From the NCBI RefSeq assembly GCF_009834535.1, contig NC_045697.1:61506001-61570000 (forward strand): a stretch of DNA of 64,000 nt. The letters are read 5' to 3'. The position numbers and the translations under genes are program-made. Source of the DNA: Camelus ferus. Lineage: Eukaryota. This document shows, piece by piece, positions 37,271-50,950 of the stretch. The notes under the pieces are model-generated. The model was not told the DNA's origin and made no database searches. It was given only the letters and a program-made list of their open reading frames with translations. Every line of letters starts with the position of its first letter. Position 1 is the stretch's first letter.

Positions 37271-40200
37271 TAATCTATAAAATCATACATATTCATTTAG
37301 CTTTCTTTTTCTGCTCATCATTTCTATCTTAGCAAGATATAAATCATACACTTCACATTACTTTATAACAATGCAAGTATTCCAAAGAATTGGAAAAAGT
37401 ACCAATAAGTTAGAAGACTATCATGTGACTTCTTTGAATCATTAGGCTTCCATACAGTTTTGCTAATCTAAGGTAAAATAAGCTTTATTTTTAATTGCTA
37501 CAGAGACTAACTTGTGAAACAAGTAATTCAGCTTTTACAATATTTACCATTGCTTCTGTGTATTCATTAAGTAGTGATTATGAGAAACAGACCATCAGAT
37601 GATTTAATGTTCTTCCTACACTGACTCTTGTTTTCCATTTTTCTGTCATTTTTGAAGTTCACATTAAGTCAAAATTTTCCATTCATAATGCCATCGATTT
37701 TTAATGAAAAGTATAGGTGGATGAATACTACAAAATAAATTTCTTGGATGCTCTCTCTTTCTGCTCTAATCTGGAGATGGGCATATTGTTGTCAATGCTA
37801 GCTTTTACTCTTAAGAGTAGAATTTGAAATTAAACACAATTCTAAAAATCTAGAATCTATGGGGAAAGTATTTTCTAATAAGTGTGTTAGCATTAGGGTT
37901 ACTAACAAACTTTTCTTGTGATAACGGGATTTAAACTTATACCAGTCAAGCAAAGATACTGGTTCTTGGTAATTCCCATTTTTTATTTAAATATAATGAA
38001 AAGAAACAGGGAAGCAAGAAAAGAGGAAAGTAACAAAAAAATTATATTGCATTATTGTGCTAAATTAGTCTACTTGGATTTTTCCTCCAAGTTTCCCACT
38101 GGTGTTAAGCTCTTTTAAGAGAATAATAAGGTGCTAAATGCCATCAGTAACAGATCATTAACAACCCTAAATACAGAAATAACATATAAGACCATTCCAC
38201 TTTTTTCCCTCAGTAGTGAACTCTTCTACTGATGTTTCTTAATTAAGATCAGTGTTGTTTATAAAGACCGTTGATCTCTCTAAACTCTCTATTCTTCAGA
38301 CCCGTTATAAAAGAATTACAGACCACAGAAATACGAAGACTTCTGTCTAGCTTCTTTCATTGTGTAGAATTTATTTCCCAACTTGTTTTTGGGCACTGAC
38401 AAAGACCTAAATGTTAAATCATTAAGAATTCCTGCTTGAAACTTTCAGCATCTTTATTTATTACAGGTTTTAATTGCGATTCAAGAAGCAATATAAGATT
38501 GATGAAAAGGAGTAAATGTCTGAATGGTACAGTAAATGTCATTGAATTCATTTCATTTGGGGGGTTTAAGGTAATTAATCTTACATGGTTAATATCCACA
38601 GAGGACTTGAATTGGATTGGTGAGTTTGGGGCTAGACAGGCAATGTAAAATGCAAAGATTTGGGAATCCAAAGGCCAATTAGTTATGAAAATCACAATTA
38701 CCAAAAGGATTTGATTTCTTACTAAAATAATAAAGCCCAGTAAAACCCTTTGTATAAATAATTTATTGTCCTCCACTTTTCATTCTGTGAAGTTCTGGTG
38801 TTAGCCCATACTTAAAATGTGCCTAAAATAATTGTAAAGCAAAATGTGACAGTGTAACACAATAAGAAATGCCTGTGAGAGCAACACAGGAAATAATAGA
38901 GTCAGTAATTTCTGTTTTAATAAGAGGAGTGGTAGGAATAAAAATGTTCTGTACTATATATATAGTCATTATAAACCACCAGATATACCAATGTCTCCCT
39001 TGGCATATTGCTCTCATCTCCTAATTACTTAGTAACTTCTTAATTTACTGATGCCTTTTACACTTACTTCATGATGTTTTCCCTCTTCTTTTACTCGTAT
39101 TAGCTTTCCATCTTTTTTCTTTTACATCAATATAGATACATCTCTGACTCTTCCATTTCTGTATATCCTCACCATCATCTCAGATACTCACTTCCTTGGT
39201 AAACTAGCCCTTGCCACCACCACCAAATACACTATTTGAAATCTCAGTTCCAAGAACTCAACATGTCATTCTCCAGTCATTTCTCCCTGTTTATCCATTG
39301 TATTAATCCAACCACAAACACACAGACACACACACACAAAGCTAGCCTTATCAGACTCTCCACTTCACTCCATTTCACCATTTTTTTTCACCAAGTGAGA
39401 AGAATTTTAAATGTCAGGAGTTGAAAGAGTAATAAAGTTCAGGCTAATGGACTCACTGTAAGTTATAAATTCCAGGAAATAACAAGTTAAATGGCAAGAG
39501 AGGAGAGAGGGAGGGAGAATATAAAAAATACATGCTTCTTAATTGCATTCCAGGGAATAACAATCCTTAACGGATACTTCTGAAAGCACTGGAACAACAT
39601 CAAAGAAATTCTGTTCATATACCTCTCATTAAAAAAAGAGAAAATTACTTTCACACATAATCATGGAAGATGTGAAGGAAAAACATAGAACAGATATGAT
39701 TATATGAATAAAAAATGAGCAGAATTAATAAAATATGTGGAGTTTACCTCAATTTCAGTTTCATACTAAGATACAGGGCAGTTTAGCCATCAATATCATT
39801 CTACTACAATTTGTTCTGGTTAGCAAAAGAATAATTTTTGCAGTTATGGCCATTTATATCTACTTTTAAAATTATCACCCAAAATGTGATAGATATACAA
39901 GCCTCACAATCCTTTGAATCTACGTCAAATAAAATTAACAACTCTTTTGTTCAATCCACATTGTTGAATAGTTTGAAACTATTCTCATCATTTGGGGTGG
40001 AATAGCTCTTAATCGTGCTAATGGGAGGCAAGAAGTGATGAATAATGAAAGAAGTCATTGGCCTTCCTAAGTGTTAATTCCCAGGGATGTAAATCTCGGC
40101 TCATTACAAGTATTTTAGACAGATTAAGGCACACTGATGAGCATTTAGCGGTATCAAGTCACAGAATGCAATGTCTGGGAACCTCTGTATTCGAATTATG

Positions 40201-41105
40201 AAGCTGTGTCATGAGACAAGCACTAAATCTAATGAAGCTCCAGTTTGGATAGTCATATTTTATAGTTGACTGGTTTGGTTCTGGGATTCCTTGCCATAGT
40301 GATTAGGTCACATTAATGGCAGGACAAAGGCTATTAATATGACTCTGCCAGAGAAAATTTTAATGGATTGTTGAAGAGAACTTGGAGCACAGGAGAACTC
40401 ATGTCAAGCTAAAAGGAATTCATATATCACTTTTTAAATAAAATCACTAGGTCTCCAGCTTGATAGTCTTCCCTTTTGTGCAAATTTAAAATGTTCATAT
40501 GGAAAATCAAGAATTATTGAGAAAAAAATGTAAGCATATTAATGATTTTTCTAGTCTCTATCACAGGGAATTTAGACTAAGCACAGTTAGAGATGTTTCT
40601 CTCTTGACCCTGAAATGCAGTTTAGTTACTACAACCTTCTGCATGTTAGAAATCTAAGAGACAGTCAGCAGTTCACTGAGAAGTTCCAAGTCATAATCTT
40701 GAAGGTGTATTCATGTTGAGTTAATGATCTCAAAGGTATATTCATGGTGAAGTGAAATACTTCCCTAGGGCTTTCTGACCTATAAATAAATGTTCAATTG
40801 ACTTTAAGCAGATCCAGCACTACATTTAGAAAAAATGGCACAGGCATTAGAAACAAAAATTTAACCCTCTAAGAAACCATGTCCCCCAAAATAAACGGGT
40901 AAAATAAAAATAAGTAAAAGATTTAGATAGAGAAATTTCTGAGTTATCTATTTTGAACAAATAAAACAATATACTTTCTGAAAGAAACAAAATACTATCC
41001 CTTTACTGCGTCTTCTTTAACAACATTAAGTGATTTTACCAAATGTAGGTTCATTTTAAGTTTCTTCTTTCTATGTGTAAGAAATTCAAAAGAGTCCTAA
41101 ACAAG

Positions 41106-41690
41106 TGTGGTAGAAAGCTTCTAACATGCTCTAATGAGTCCTACCCTCCTTGTATTCACACTCATATAATTCGCTCCTGTTGAATGTAAGCTAGATTTAG
41201 TGGCTCTCGTCTAATGAACAGAATATAACAAAGTGATAGAATGTCACTTCCAAGGAAAGGTTTAAAAATGATAGTGGCTTCCATTCTGCATGCTTCTCTT
41301 GCTTCCTTGCTCTTTTGCTTTGATGGAAGTTAGTTGTCACATTATAAGCTCATCTATGGGAGGGCCATGTAACAAGGGACTTTAGAGGCCTCTTGCCAAC
41401 GGCAAGCATGGGTAGAGGCCCTTAGTAAAACAATTCCATACGAAGAACTAAATCCTGCCAACTGCTACATGAATGAGCTTAAAAATAAACTGTCCCTCAG
41501 CCACGCTTTCAGATGAGAATATAGCCCCAGCAGATACCTGGCTTGTAACCTTATGAGACCATGAACCAGAAGCACCTAGCTAAGCTTTACCCAGATAGGA
41601 ATCTGCATAGAAATTGTGAAATAATAATCATTTGTTGTCTTAAGCCTTTAAATTTGGGGAAATATGTTATACAACAACATATAACTAACA
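41106..41690 (+). mobile_element. MaLR LTR (MLT1F-like)
   Basis: tgtggtag start; gaactaaatcctgccaac..ctttcagatgagaatatagcccc..ccttatgagacc..cacctagctaagc..ataactaaca end. Confidence 0.85.
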
Positions 41691-42403
41691 GAACAACAAA
41701 AAAAATTAATAACTTGCAAAAGATTGTCATTTGGCCCAAGATTTAAAGTTTGATTTCAGTTTAATGTTAAACTAAATCAAACTGTCCAAAATACATAAGA
41801 TATATTTTGCAATTTCCTTAAAAATAACAATAAATTCAGGTTAAATTAGAAAATAATTATTCATAAAAATACTCATCTCTAATTTAGTTAACATCTACTA
41901 TAGAGTACTTCATAAAGGATTTGTAACAATATAAAAAACTATATCCTTATAATAGTAAATGACATCTCTTAAGACTTTAATCAGATTTGATAGGATTACT
42001 TGAAGCTCAATGATGTCTCTGAAAAGCAAGCAAAGATGCCTTCAAATTTTTAAAATATTACTTTGATTTTAATTTGTAAATCTCTTGAAATTGCTCTTTT
42101 TATTATCCTGATGTAGAATACAAAATAGTAAGACTTTGCAAACACATAGTATTTATGTAGCCATCTATTTTATATATGTGAAACTTATGTCAAATATGTA
42201 TTTAAGCTGTTCATGATAGATTATTTTTTAGAGGTTAGAAAGTAATGATTCTTAGACTAATGCCTTACTTTTAAGTTCACGTCTATTAACCAATGCTGGA
42301 AATTTTCAGTAGTTTATAATTATGCTATTTTAATACGTGATTTAAAAAATTACATTTTACTAAATTTTTGTGCAAAAATCAAATTCATATCAAGATTTCT
42401 GGA

Positions 42404-42552
42404 CCTCTCTCTCTCTGTTGGAGACAGCCCGCACTCTGTCTATGGAGCGTGTACCTACTTTTAATCTAAGCACCCAACCCACATATCTTGTGGCCTTTCT
42501 CTTGCCTTTCAATGTATCTCTCTGAATAAATCTACCTTTACTCAAAAAAAAA
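42404..42552 (+). mobile_element. 5'-truncated polyadenylated MER41-like LTR fragment (retroposed copy)
   Basis: Homologous to 18875-18935 (tgtatctc.ctgaataaatctac.tt.act); AATAAA at 42525, A-tail from 42544, TSD atttctgga at 42395 and 42553. Confidence 0.75.
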
Positions 42553-42673
42553 ATTTCTGGAAACCTGAAAACTGTAAGCTATTTAATGGTACATAATCAT
42601 ATTAAAAGTGGCAATTTCATGAAAGCAAAAAAAAAAAAAAAAGTTTCCATCAAATAAAGATGCAGCACAGAGA

Positions 42674-43243
42674 TGTTAGACATTTAGATAGAACTGAGCA
42701 CCGAGCAGGGGGAAAGGGAGGGGGAAGGAGCAACCCAGAATATGCCTGCACTCAGGATAAGGGGCTCCAACATTTTCTACTTTCTATAAATGAGGGCCAG
42801 TGAAGAAGTCGACTAGGATTGAACGCTGTGGCTGCACAATAGACAGAAGGACTCAGCTTAACTTGACCCAGTGCTCATTATAATGTAATTAACACTGCAG
42901 TTTGAGCCCCTCCTGCAGGTTTCTCTGTGTGCATCATGGGTAAGAACACGCACAAAAGGGATGGGCGTGCCTGAGAACAAGGAAAGTGAGCCGTGAATCA
43001 ATCAACCACGAAAAACATCCCCTAAGCCAGGATGTAAGACACAGAAAAACAAAGGAGCAGTACCATTTTTCCTCTCTTGGATCGGCCCGCTCCCAGTTCT
43101 CGGATGTGTACTATATTTTATTACCTTTTACTTCGCTAATAAAATCTTCTGTTTATATCACGCTTTCTGTCTCTCATTAAAAGTTCATTTTTTTCAAGTA
43201 ACTAAGAACCGAGGTAACTTCTCCTCCCTTCTTCTCTGTAACA
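42674..43243 (+). mobile_element. Young ERV1-type solo LTR (570 bp)
   Basis: TGTTA...TAACA termini, perfect 4-bp TSD GAGA, AATAAA near the 3' end, many CpGs retained. Confidence 0.85.
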
Positions 43244-43493
43244 GAGACATTTTATAATTTATACCCCAAATGATAAAGAACTGACACTAAAAGACATCAA
43301 AAAGAATATAGGGAACAGAAGACGACATATTTTAGAAGCAAAAAGGGGAGAATCAAAATATCTTTTTAGAAAATCTTTAGATAAAATAATATCCTAACAG
43401 TCTTAAATATTTCAAATATTTCAAAGTATATTCCCATTACTATATGCAGGAAATATAATCGGTAAGAACTGTGCCCCATATCCGCATAGGGGA

Positions 43494-44023
43494 TGTTGTG
43501 GGACACAATGCCACAGTCGCCTGTGGTTAAAAGAATTTACCAAGGACCAAAGACAATGAGGATCTAAGAACAAAAGGAAGGTTTAATAGATACACTGCTA
43601 CAGGCAACAGAGAGGTGCCTGTGTGAGCACCAAGGGTGGACGTGCAGGGTCTTTTATTGGGGGAAAGGAGCTGTGACCACAAGGAATAGGGGGTTGCATG
43701 ATCAACTTGTGTACAAATACATGATTGACTGTAAGATCTGTTAGGGGCTTGTATCAATAATAGCATTATAACTCTGATAAGGGCAGGATGTGAGGCTTGT
43801 CCACCTAGGGCATTGTGAGATGGGCTATTTCTTGGGGCAGTTTACCTTTGTTAGGGTAAACATACATTAAGAGAAGATATTTTTATCTTGCAGAAATGGG
43901 GGTATGTGAAGGGTCCTGCAGTGGGGAGTGAGGGGTTAATAGGTGTTAATAGGCTCCAAGCACATGGAAAGCCCAAGAGTGGGGAGTTTTTATGAACTTC
44001 AGAGAGCCTCAGCAAGCTCCACA
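43494..44023 (-). mobile_element. ERV solo LTR (530 bp)
   Basis: TG...CA termini, 5-bp TSD GGGGA (43489 and 44024); ATTAAA/AATAAA on the minus strand (ggtttaata, ttttatt); GC richer than its flanks. Confidence 0.7.
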
Positions 44024-44729
44024 GGGGAGGATATGTTCCATGTGTTCTTTATTTCCATTTGGAAGTGTCAGTTTTGGGAGCAATTGAGAAGTAGACTGAT
44101 CTGAACAAGCTGATCATCTTGACTCTTTAAATGACTGACAGGCTGTGTCACTCCTCCATGTGAGTGCATCCAACTGTTATATGACACCTCATAATGCAGT
44201 GAAATGGTTTAATTAATTCTTGATAAACTGAGTTACCCTCAAAATATTTAAAAGGTTCAATAACTGGACCACACTCTACAGTGGTATCTCTTTTGACTTA
44301 AAAGATAAAAGAACAGACAAAAATACTAAGTATTTATGACAAAGGGCTCACAGTACTAAATAGTAATAAAATTATTAGTTCTTAAAAATAGTTCTCAGGA
44401 ATATGTAGGTGTATGTCTCCTTAATGAGCACATTTTGAGTTAGTCTTCCAAAGGCAAACTATCATGCTTTGTAATAAAACATTTTTTGCATCTGCTGCCA
44501 AAAGTAGAGTACTGAGTTAGAAAGCAGTCTTAAAGTTCAGATAAATAAAAAGTGAAAAGTATAAGAAAAAACAACTCGGCTTATATAAATCTTAATAGAC
44601 TGTTTCAGCAGGTCTCAAGGTGTGATCTTGAAGTTCCTGGAGACATCGTGACAGTTTTAAGGAATCTGTAAGGTTAATAGTTAAAATTAAGCTAAATATA
44701 AAATACATATTTTTTACTTTTAATCACTC

Positions 44730-47700
44730 TAAAGTGTAATGGACTGTATATGTAAAAATACTAAGAATATATTGAAGATTTTAAGTATATGTACCACTAA
44801 AATGTAAGACAAAATAGCACAAAAAGTGAGATGAAGGAATAGGGAGCATGATTGTAAGGTGTTTAGACTACATATGAAGCTGTGTAATATAATTTGAAGC
44901 TAGATTGCAATCAACTAAAGATTTCTATTGTAAATCTTATAGAAATTACTAAAGTAAAACAAAACATAACTTTTTAAAAAACAATGGTAGACCTAAAATG
45001 GGATCATAAAAAATACTTAAATAATCCAACAGCAAGCAGAAAAAAAAATTAAAGTGAGAGGGACAAACAACAAACAAAACAAGTAAAAAGCAACTAGAAA
45101 AAATGTAGCCTTTAATCCTCCTATATCAATATTTACATTAAATGTAAATTATCTAAACATGCCAATTAAAGACAGAAAGACTGGATAAAAAGCAAGACTC
45201 AAGTATATGTCTTGATTCCATAAGAATCTCATTTTAAAAAATAAGGCAATAAATACATTAAAAGGATGAAAAAAGATATAGCACGAAAACAGTAATCAAA
45301 AGGAAGCCTGAATGGCTACATTAACATCAGACAAAGTAAACTTCAAGAAAAGAAAATTATTGGAAATAAAAGGAGACATTCTTTAGTGGTGAAAGTGTCA
45401 ATATACCAAAAAGCCATAATAATCCTAAATGTATATGTATATAACAACAGATATTCAAAATACATAAAACAAAAACTGATGGAACTTAAAAAAAAATGAA
45501 CAAATCTACAATTAAAATTGGATACTTTAATATTCATTTCTCAATGAGAAATAAAACAAATAGATAGGAAATGAATACAGATATAGAAGGTCAGGTCAAC
45601 ATCATCAACCTATTTTCCTAATTGATGTTTACTGACATTTGTAGAATAATCCACATAACAAGAATAGAATATACAATCTTTTCAGATACACATGGAGCAT
45701 TCACCAAGATAAACAATAATCTGGGCCGTAAACCAACCTACATTAAAAAAAAAAGCCAGTATATTTTTCCATATAACAGAATAAGAAGAAAATCATATGA
45801 TCATACAAAAATGATATAGAAGAAAAAGTGTAACCAAACTCAGCTTATAATCAGGATAATTCTCAGCAAATCAAGATTAGAAAAGAATTTTCTTAATTGT
45901 TAAAAGGTATGTACAAAGAGATCCTACAGTAATATTATACATGGTAAGAGTCTGAATGCTTCCTCCTTAAGTTCAGGAATAAAGTCAGAAAGCCCACTTT
46001 CACCACTCCTGTTCAACAAAGACCGTAGACCTTAGCCGGTACAAAACAATAAAACTGTTAAAAGACAAACAGGAAAACAAATTTATGGTTACCAAAGGGA
46101 AAGGGGAGGGAGAGGGATAAATTAGGAGTATGGGATTAATAGATATACACCATTATATATAAAATAGATAAACAACAAGGATTTACTGTATAGCACATAG
46201 AACTGCATTTAATATCTTATAATAACCTATAATGGAAAAGAATCTGAAGCTGCACACATGAAACTAATACAATACTGTAAATCAACTATAGTTAAATAAA
46301 TAAAAAGAAACAAAATAAAAAACATACAGAAAGGGGGGAATAAAACTAACTATTTACAATATAATTAACCACATGGAAAAAATTTATATATAAGAAGGAA
46401 TTGTGAGTAAAAATATATCCATAAAAATATAAATAAATCTAAAACCATTATTTGTAAAAACAACAATAATCAAATGTAATATGTAATCCTAGTAAATTAG
46501 TTACATTATCCTCTGTGCTCACATCGTTCTTAGTGAAGTTCTTTAATGAAGATTCTATCACACTGTTTTCAGTCAAATGTAAAACTTCTTGATGGCATGG
46601 ATCCCATCTTTTTAATCTCATATCCATAATGCTTAGCGAAGTATCAGATAAAAAAAGATTTAATACAGTCTATGAATCAGAAATTAAAAATTAGAACCAA
46701 GGACAATTAGAGTCAAAGACTGCAAACAAACCTAAAGCATAAGGCTAAAAGTAAAACCCTAGAAAAATCATAACTTGTAAAGCTTAATGAGAGTTTATAA
46801 GAATTAAAAATAATAATAAGGTTCTTGCTTCATTTTGTGGGGAGGAAAAAATTCATTAACTTTAAGCTTTGTAATTAAGTATTTATGGTAAAATTTCAAG
46901 AGTAGTAGTAAAAATTACTAAAAGAAGGTACAGAAGTTCAAATCCAGTTGAGGGAAACATATCAGAATATTAAAGAATAACCTATTCTAAAAAGAGAAAG
47001 AAAGAGGGAAGAAAAGACACATAGACAAATGATGTACATAGAGAGAATGAAATAATATGTTAAAAATGAAACCATATACAAAATATAAATGAGCAAAATT
47101 CACCAGTTAAAATACAAAGATTTTCAGATCTAATTTCTAGATAAAATATTTATGCATTGCATATCTATAGCTAGATATGACTTTGAAGAGACAAGTGAAA
47201 CATAAGAACCTGAAAAGGTTGAAAGTAAAAGGCTAGATAAGGCACACTGAGAAAATAAGGACCAAAAGATAACTGGACTATTTATGTCAGTATCAGTTTA
47301 ATATCACACAATTAAACATAAAGCATTATTAAAGCTATATAGGGTTTTTAACGATTAAGCTTCATTTTACAATATAATCTTAAAAATGTTAAACATATGC
47401 ACCTAATAAAATATCCTTTAAAAGTATGAATTAAATTAGTATGAATGTAGAAAATTGGGACAATATAATTATCATCTTGATCTAATCAACATACACTGAA
47501 CATTGCACCTCACAGATTATAGCCTTCCCTCTCAAGAACACATGGAACATTTTACAAAATTGAACATTAGATTAATAATTTGGTATATTAAGCCACAAAG
47601 ATATCTGAAAAAATTTCAAAGAATCAGTAACATATTATCTGACTAAATCAACTGATGACTAAATTTGAAAATTTAAAATTACAATTCCAAATAATTCATA

Positions 47701-48000
47701 GGTCAAAGAAGATATCTTAAAAAAACATTAAAGTGTTCTTATAGTAGAAAAGAAGAAAGCCATAAAATTAGGAGCCTGCCATCCAAGTTTAGTTGTAAGG
47801 AGAATAGAACAAGTCCAAAGAAAACAACTGACATCAAATAAAACAATGGAATAAATTAAATAGCAAAACATAGTACAGGTAAGATAAAATAACTACAAAT
47901 TGATTCTTTGAAATGAATAATAAGCAAACTTCTAGTGACACTGATTAAGAAAAAGGACAGAAAGCACACATAAACAAGAGTCAATGACTACAGCCACAGT
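44730..48000 (+). mobile_element. Old, fragmented L1M sequences (inter-ORF and ORF2 remnants)
   Basis: ttacattaaatgtaaattatctaaaca..ccaattaaagaca; acatggagcattcaccaagata; ctgaatgcttcctccttaagttcaggaa; a second endonuclease-like remnant from ~47050. Confidence 0.7.
46062..46310 (+). mobile_element. Artiodactyl-type L1 3' UTR insertion
   Basis: aacaaatttatggttaccaaagggaaagg..gggataaattaggagtatgggatta..ctgtatagcaca..tgtaaatcaactata plus A tail. Confidence 0.85.
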
Positions 48001-48142
48001 AAAGATTTTTAAATAGAATGTCTATGTAGTCCTATATTGCACAATTGCCAAAATACTACTACCTTCAAATGTCCTGGTAGCCTAGTACAGCTTGGAACAA
48101 TTGACTTAAGGCATCATGATTAAAGAAATTGAATTGTAATTA

Positions 48143-49993
48143 TATAAAATACTTAGGAATAAATCTAACCAAGGAGGTGAAAGAATTATACACAGAAAAC
48201 TATAAACCACTGATGAAGGAAATTAAAGAAGACTTTAAAAATGGAAAGATATCCAATGCTCTTGGATTGGAAGAATCAATATTGTCAAAATGGTCACACT
48301 GCCCAAGGCAATCTACAGACTTAATGCAATCCCTATTCAATTACCCAGGACATATTTCACAGAACTAGAACAAATCATAATAAAATTTATATGGAACCAT
48401 CAAAGACCTAGAATTGCCAAAGCATTACTGAAGAGAAAGAAAGAGGCTGGAGGAATAACCTCCCAGACTTCAGGCAATACTACAGAGCTGCAGTCATCAA
48501 GACAGCATGGTATTGGTACAAAAACAGACATATAGACCAATGGAACAGAATAGAGAGCCCAGAAATGAACCCACAAACTTTTGGTCAACTTATCTTTGAC
48601 AAAGGAGGCAAGAATATACATTGGAATAAAGACAGTCTCTTCAGCAAAAGGTGTTGGGAAAACTGGACAGCAGCATGTAAAGCAATGAAGCTAGAACACT
48701 CCCTTACACCATATACAAATATAAACTCAAAATGGATCAAAGACTTAAACATAAGACAAGATACAATAAACCTCCTAGAGGAAAATATAGGCAAAACATT
48801 ATCTGACATACATCTCAAAAATTTTCTCCTAGAAGAAATAAAAGAAAGAATAAACAAACGGGACCCAATGAAACGTACACACTTCTGCACAACAAAGGAA
48901 ACCATAAGTAAAACAAAAAGACAACCTACAGAATGGGAAAAAATTTTTGCAGATGAAACCGACAAAGGCTTGATCTCCAGAATATATAAGCAGCTCATAA
49001 GGCTCAATAAGAAAAAAATAAACAACCCAATCCAAAAATGGGCAAAAAACCAAAACAAGCAATTCTCCAAGGAAGACATACAAATGATCAATAGACACAT
49101 GAAAAAATGTTCAATATCACTAATTATCAGAGAAATGCAAATCAAAACTACAATGAGGTATCACCTCACACCAGTCAGAATGGCCATCATTCAAAAATCC
49201 ACAAATGACAAATGCTGGAGAGGCTGTGGAGAAAATGGAACCCTCCTACACTGCTGGTGGGAATGCAGTTTGGTACACCCACTGTGGAAAACACTATGGA
49301 GATTCCTCAAAAGACTAGGAATAGACTTACCATATGACCAAGGAATCCCACTTCTGGGCATATATCCAGAAGGAACCCTACTTCAGAATGACACCTGCAA
49401 CCCAATGTTCATAGCAGCACTATTTACAATAGCCAAGATATGGAGACAGCCTAAATGTCCATCAACAGATGACTGGGTAAAGAAGAGGTGGTATATTTAT
49501 ACAATGGAATACTACTCAGCCATAAAAACCGACAACATAATGCCATTTGCAGCAACATGGATGCTCCTGGAGAATGTCATTCTAAGTGAAGTAAGCCAGA
49601 AAGAGAGAGAAAAATACCATATGAGATTGCTCATATGTGGAATCTAAAAAAAAAAAAAAAAAAAACCCAAAAAAACAACAACAAAAAAACCAAAGCATAA
49701 ATACAAAACAAAAATAGACTCACAGACATAGAATACAAACTTGTGGTTGCCAAGGGGGCAGGGGGTGGGAAGAGATAGACTGGGATTTCAAAATTGTAGA
49801 ATAGATAAACAAGATTATACTGTATAGCACAGGGAAATATACACAAGATCTTATGGTAGCTCACAGAGAAAAAAATGTGACAATGAATATATATATGGTC
49901 ATGTATAACTGAAAAATTGTGTTCTACAATGGAATTTGACACAACATTGTAAAATGATTATAAATCAATAAAAAAAGTTAAAAAAAAAAAAAA
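48143..49993 (+). mobile_element. Young 5'-truncated L1 (1.85 kb)
   Basis: ORF2 C-terminus, 3' UTR and poly(A); TSD gaa(t/c)tgtaatta at 48131 and 49994. Confidence 0.95.
48144..49647 (+). pseudogene. LINE-1 ORF2p C-terminal part (end of RT, C-terminal CCHC domain)
   Basis: [13 protein letters not shown]..., a 360-aa ORF at 48565-49647 with [18 protein letters not shown] and MEYYSAIK; two 1-bp frameshifts near 48240 and 48460; no endonuclease or RT core. Confidence 0.92.
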
Positions 49994-50049
49994 GAACTGT
50001 AATTACAATCTTACACCAGGATACCACTAGACTTTGGCTGTTTTATACT

Positions 50050-50800
50050 TTGAAGGTAAGATTACTTCTATCTAATACAAATACTTCTATATTATGGAAA
50101 GAGAGAAAATATACACCAAATTATTTATAAAATAATGATATAGCATTTATAGCAAAACCAACAAAAACAGTACAGGAAAGGAAAATCACATGGTGATAAC
50201 AGACATAAAATCCTGAAAAAAAAAAAAAAAGCAATGACAAACCATACTAAGCAAACTTTTAAAAAAATTATATGTCATGCCCACCTCGGTCTTATACAGA
50301 AATGAAATGTTACTTTAATATTTTTTAAATCTATTAAAGAAAATTCACCTAATTTCCAGGCTGAAGGAGAAAAACTATACTTGGATCTCACTAAACAGTA
50401 GGAATATGTTTCAATAAAAACTCAATACTTGTTTGTGATAAAACCAAACAATTTGAAAACTAAGAATATGAGGAAAGGTATCTACTGGAAATCTTAAAAA
50501 TGTAAATCATCATCATATTTAATAGTGAAATGCTAGAAACATTCTTTTTAAAATAAGAAAAAGAGATAATGATACTCACCACCACAAATTCTACTCAACA
50601 GTGCTCCAAAGCTATTAGCCAGTACAGTGAAAAAAGAAAGACAAATAAAATGTCTAGAGAATGAAAAGGTGTAACCATGACTTTCAGTATGTGAAGGAAG
50701 ATATAAATGTATATACAGTACATAAAATCTAGAAGTAAATTATTAGAAGTAGTAAAGTATTTAGCAGGATTTCTAAATAATATCCCCATAATTGCTTATT
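50050..50800 (+). mobile_element. Old L1M ORF2 remnant, probably continuing from before the young L1
   Basis: catatttaatagtgaaatgctagaaacattc..ctactcaacagtgc..aaattattagaagtagtaaagtatttagcagg. Confidence 0.55.
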
Positions 50801-50950
50801 TTATTTATCCTAAAATATATCCAAAATATTTTTAAATTTAGAATAAGAAATTTTAGAGTTGTTCTCAAATTTTAAATATTGCAATATTAGCCCCACAATT
50901 AGCATTGAACAAAGTAGTTCCCCGTTCATCAGAAACTAAGATTTTGTATT

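Noticed and set aside
48585..49145. 186-aa minus-strand ORF and neighbouring antisense ORFs
   Set aside because: Antisense reading of L1 ORF2, a familiar artefact
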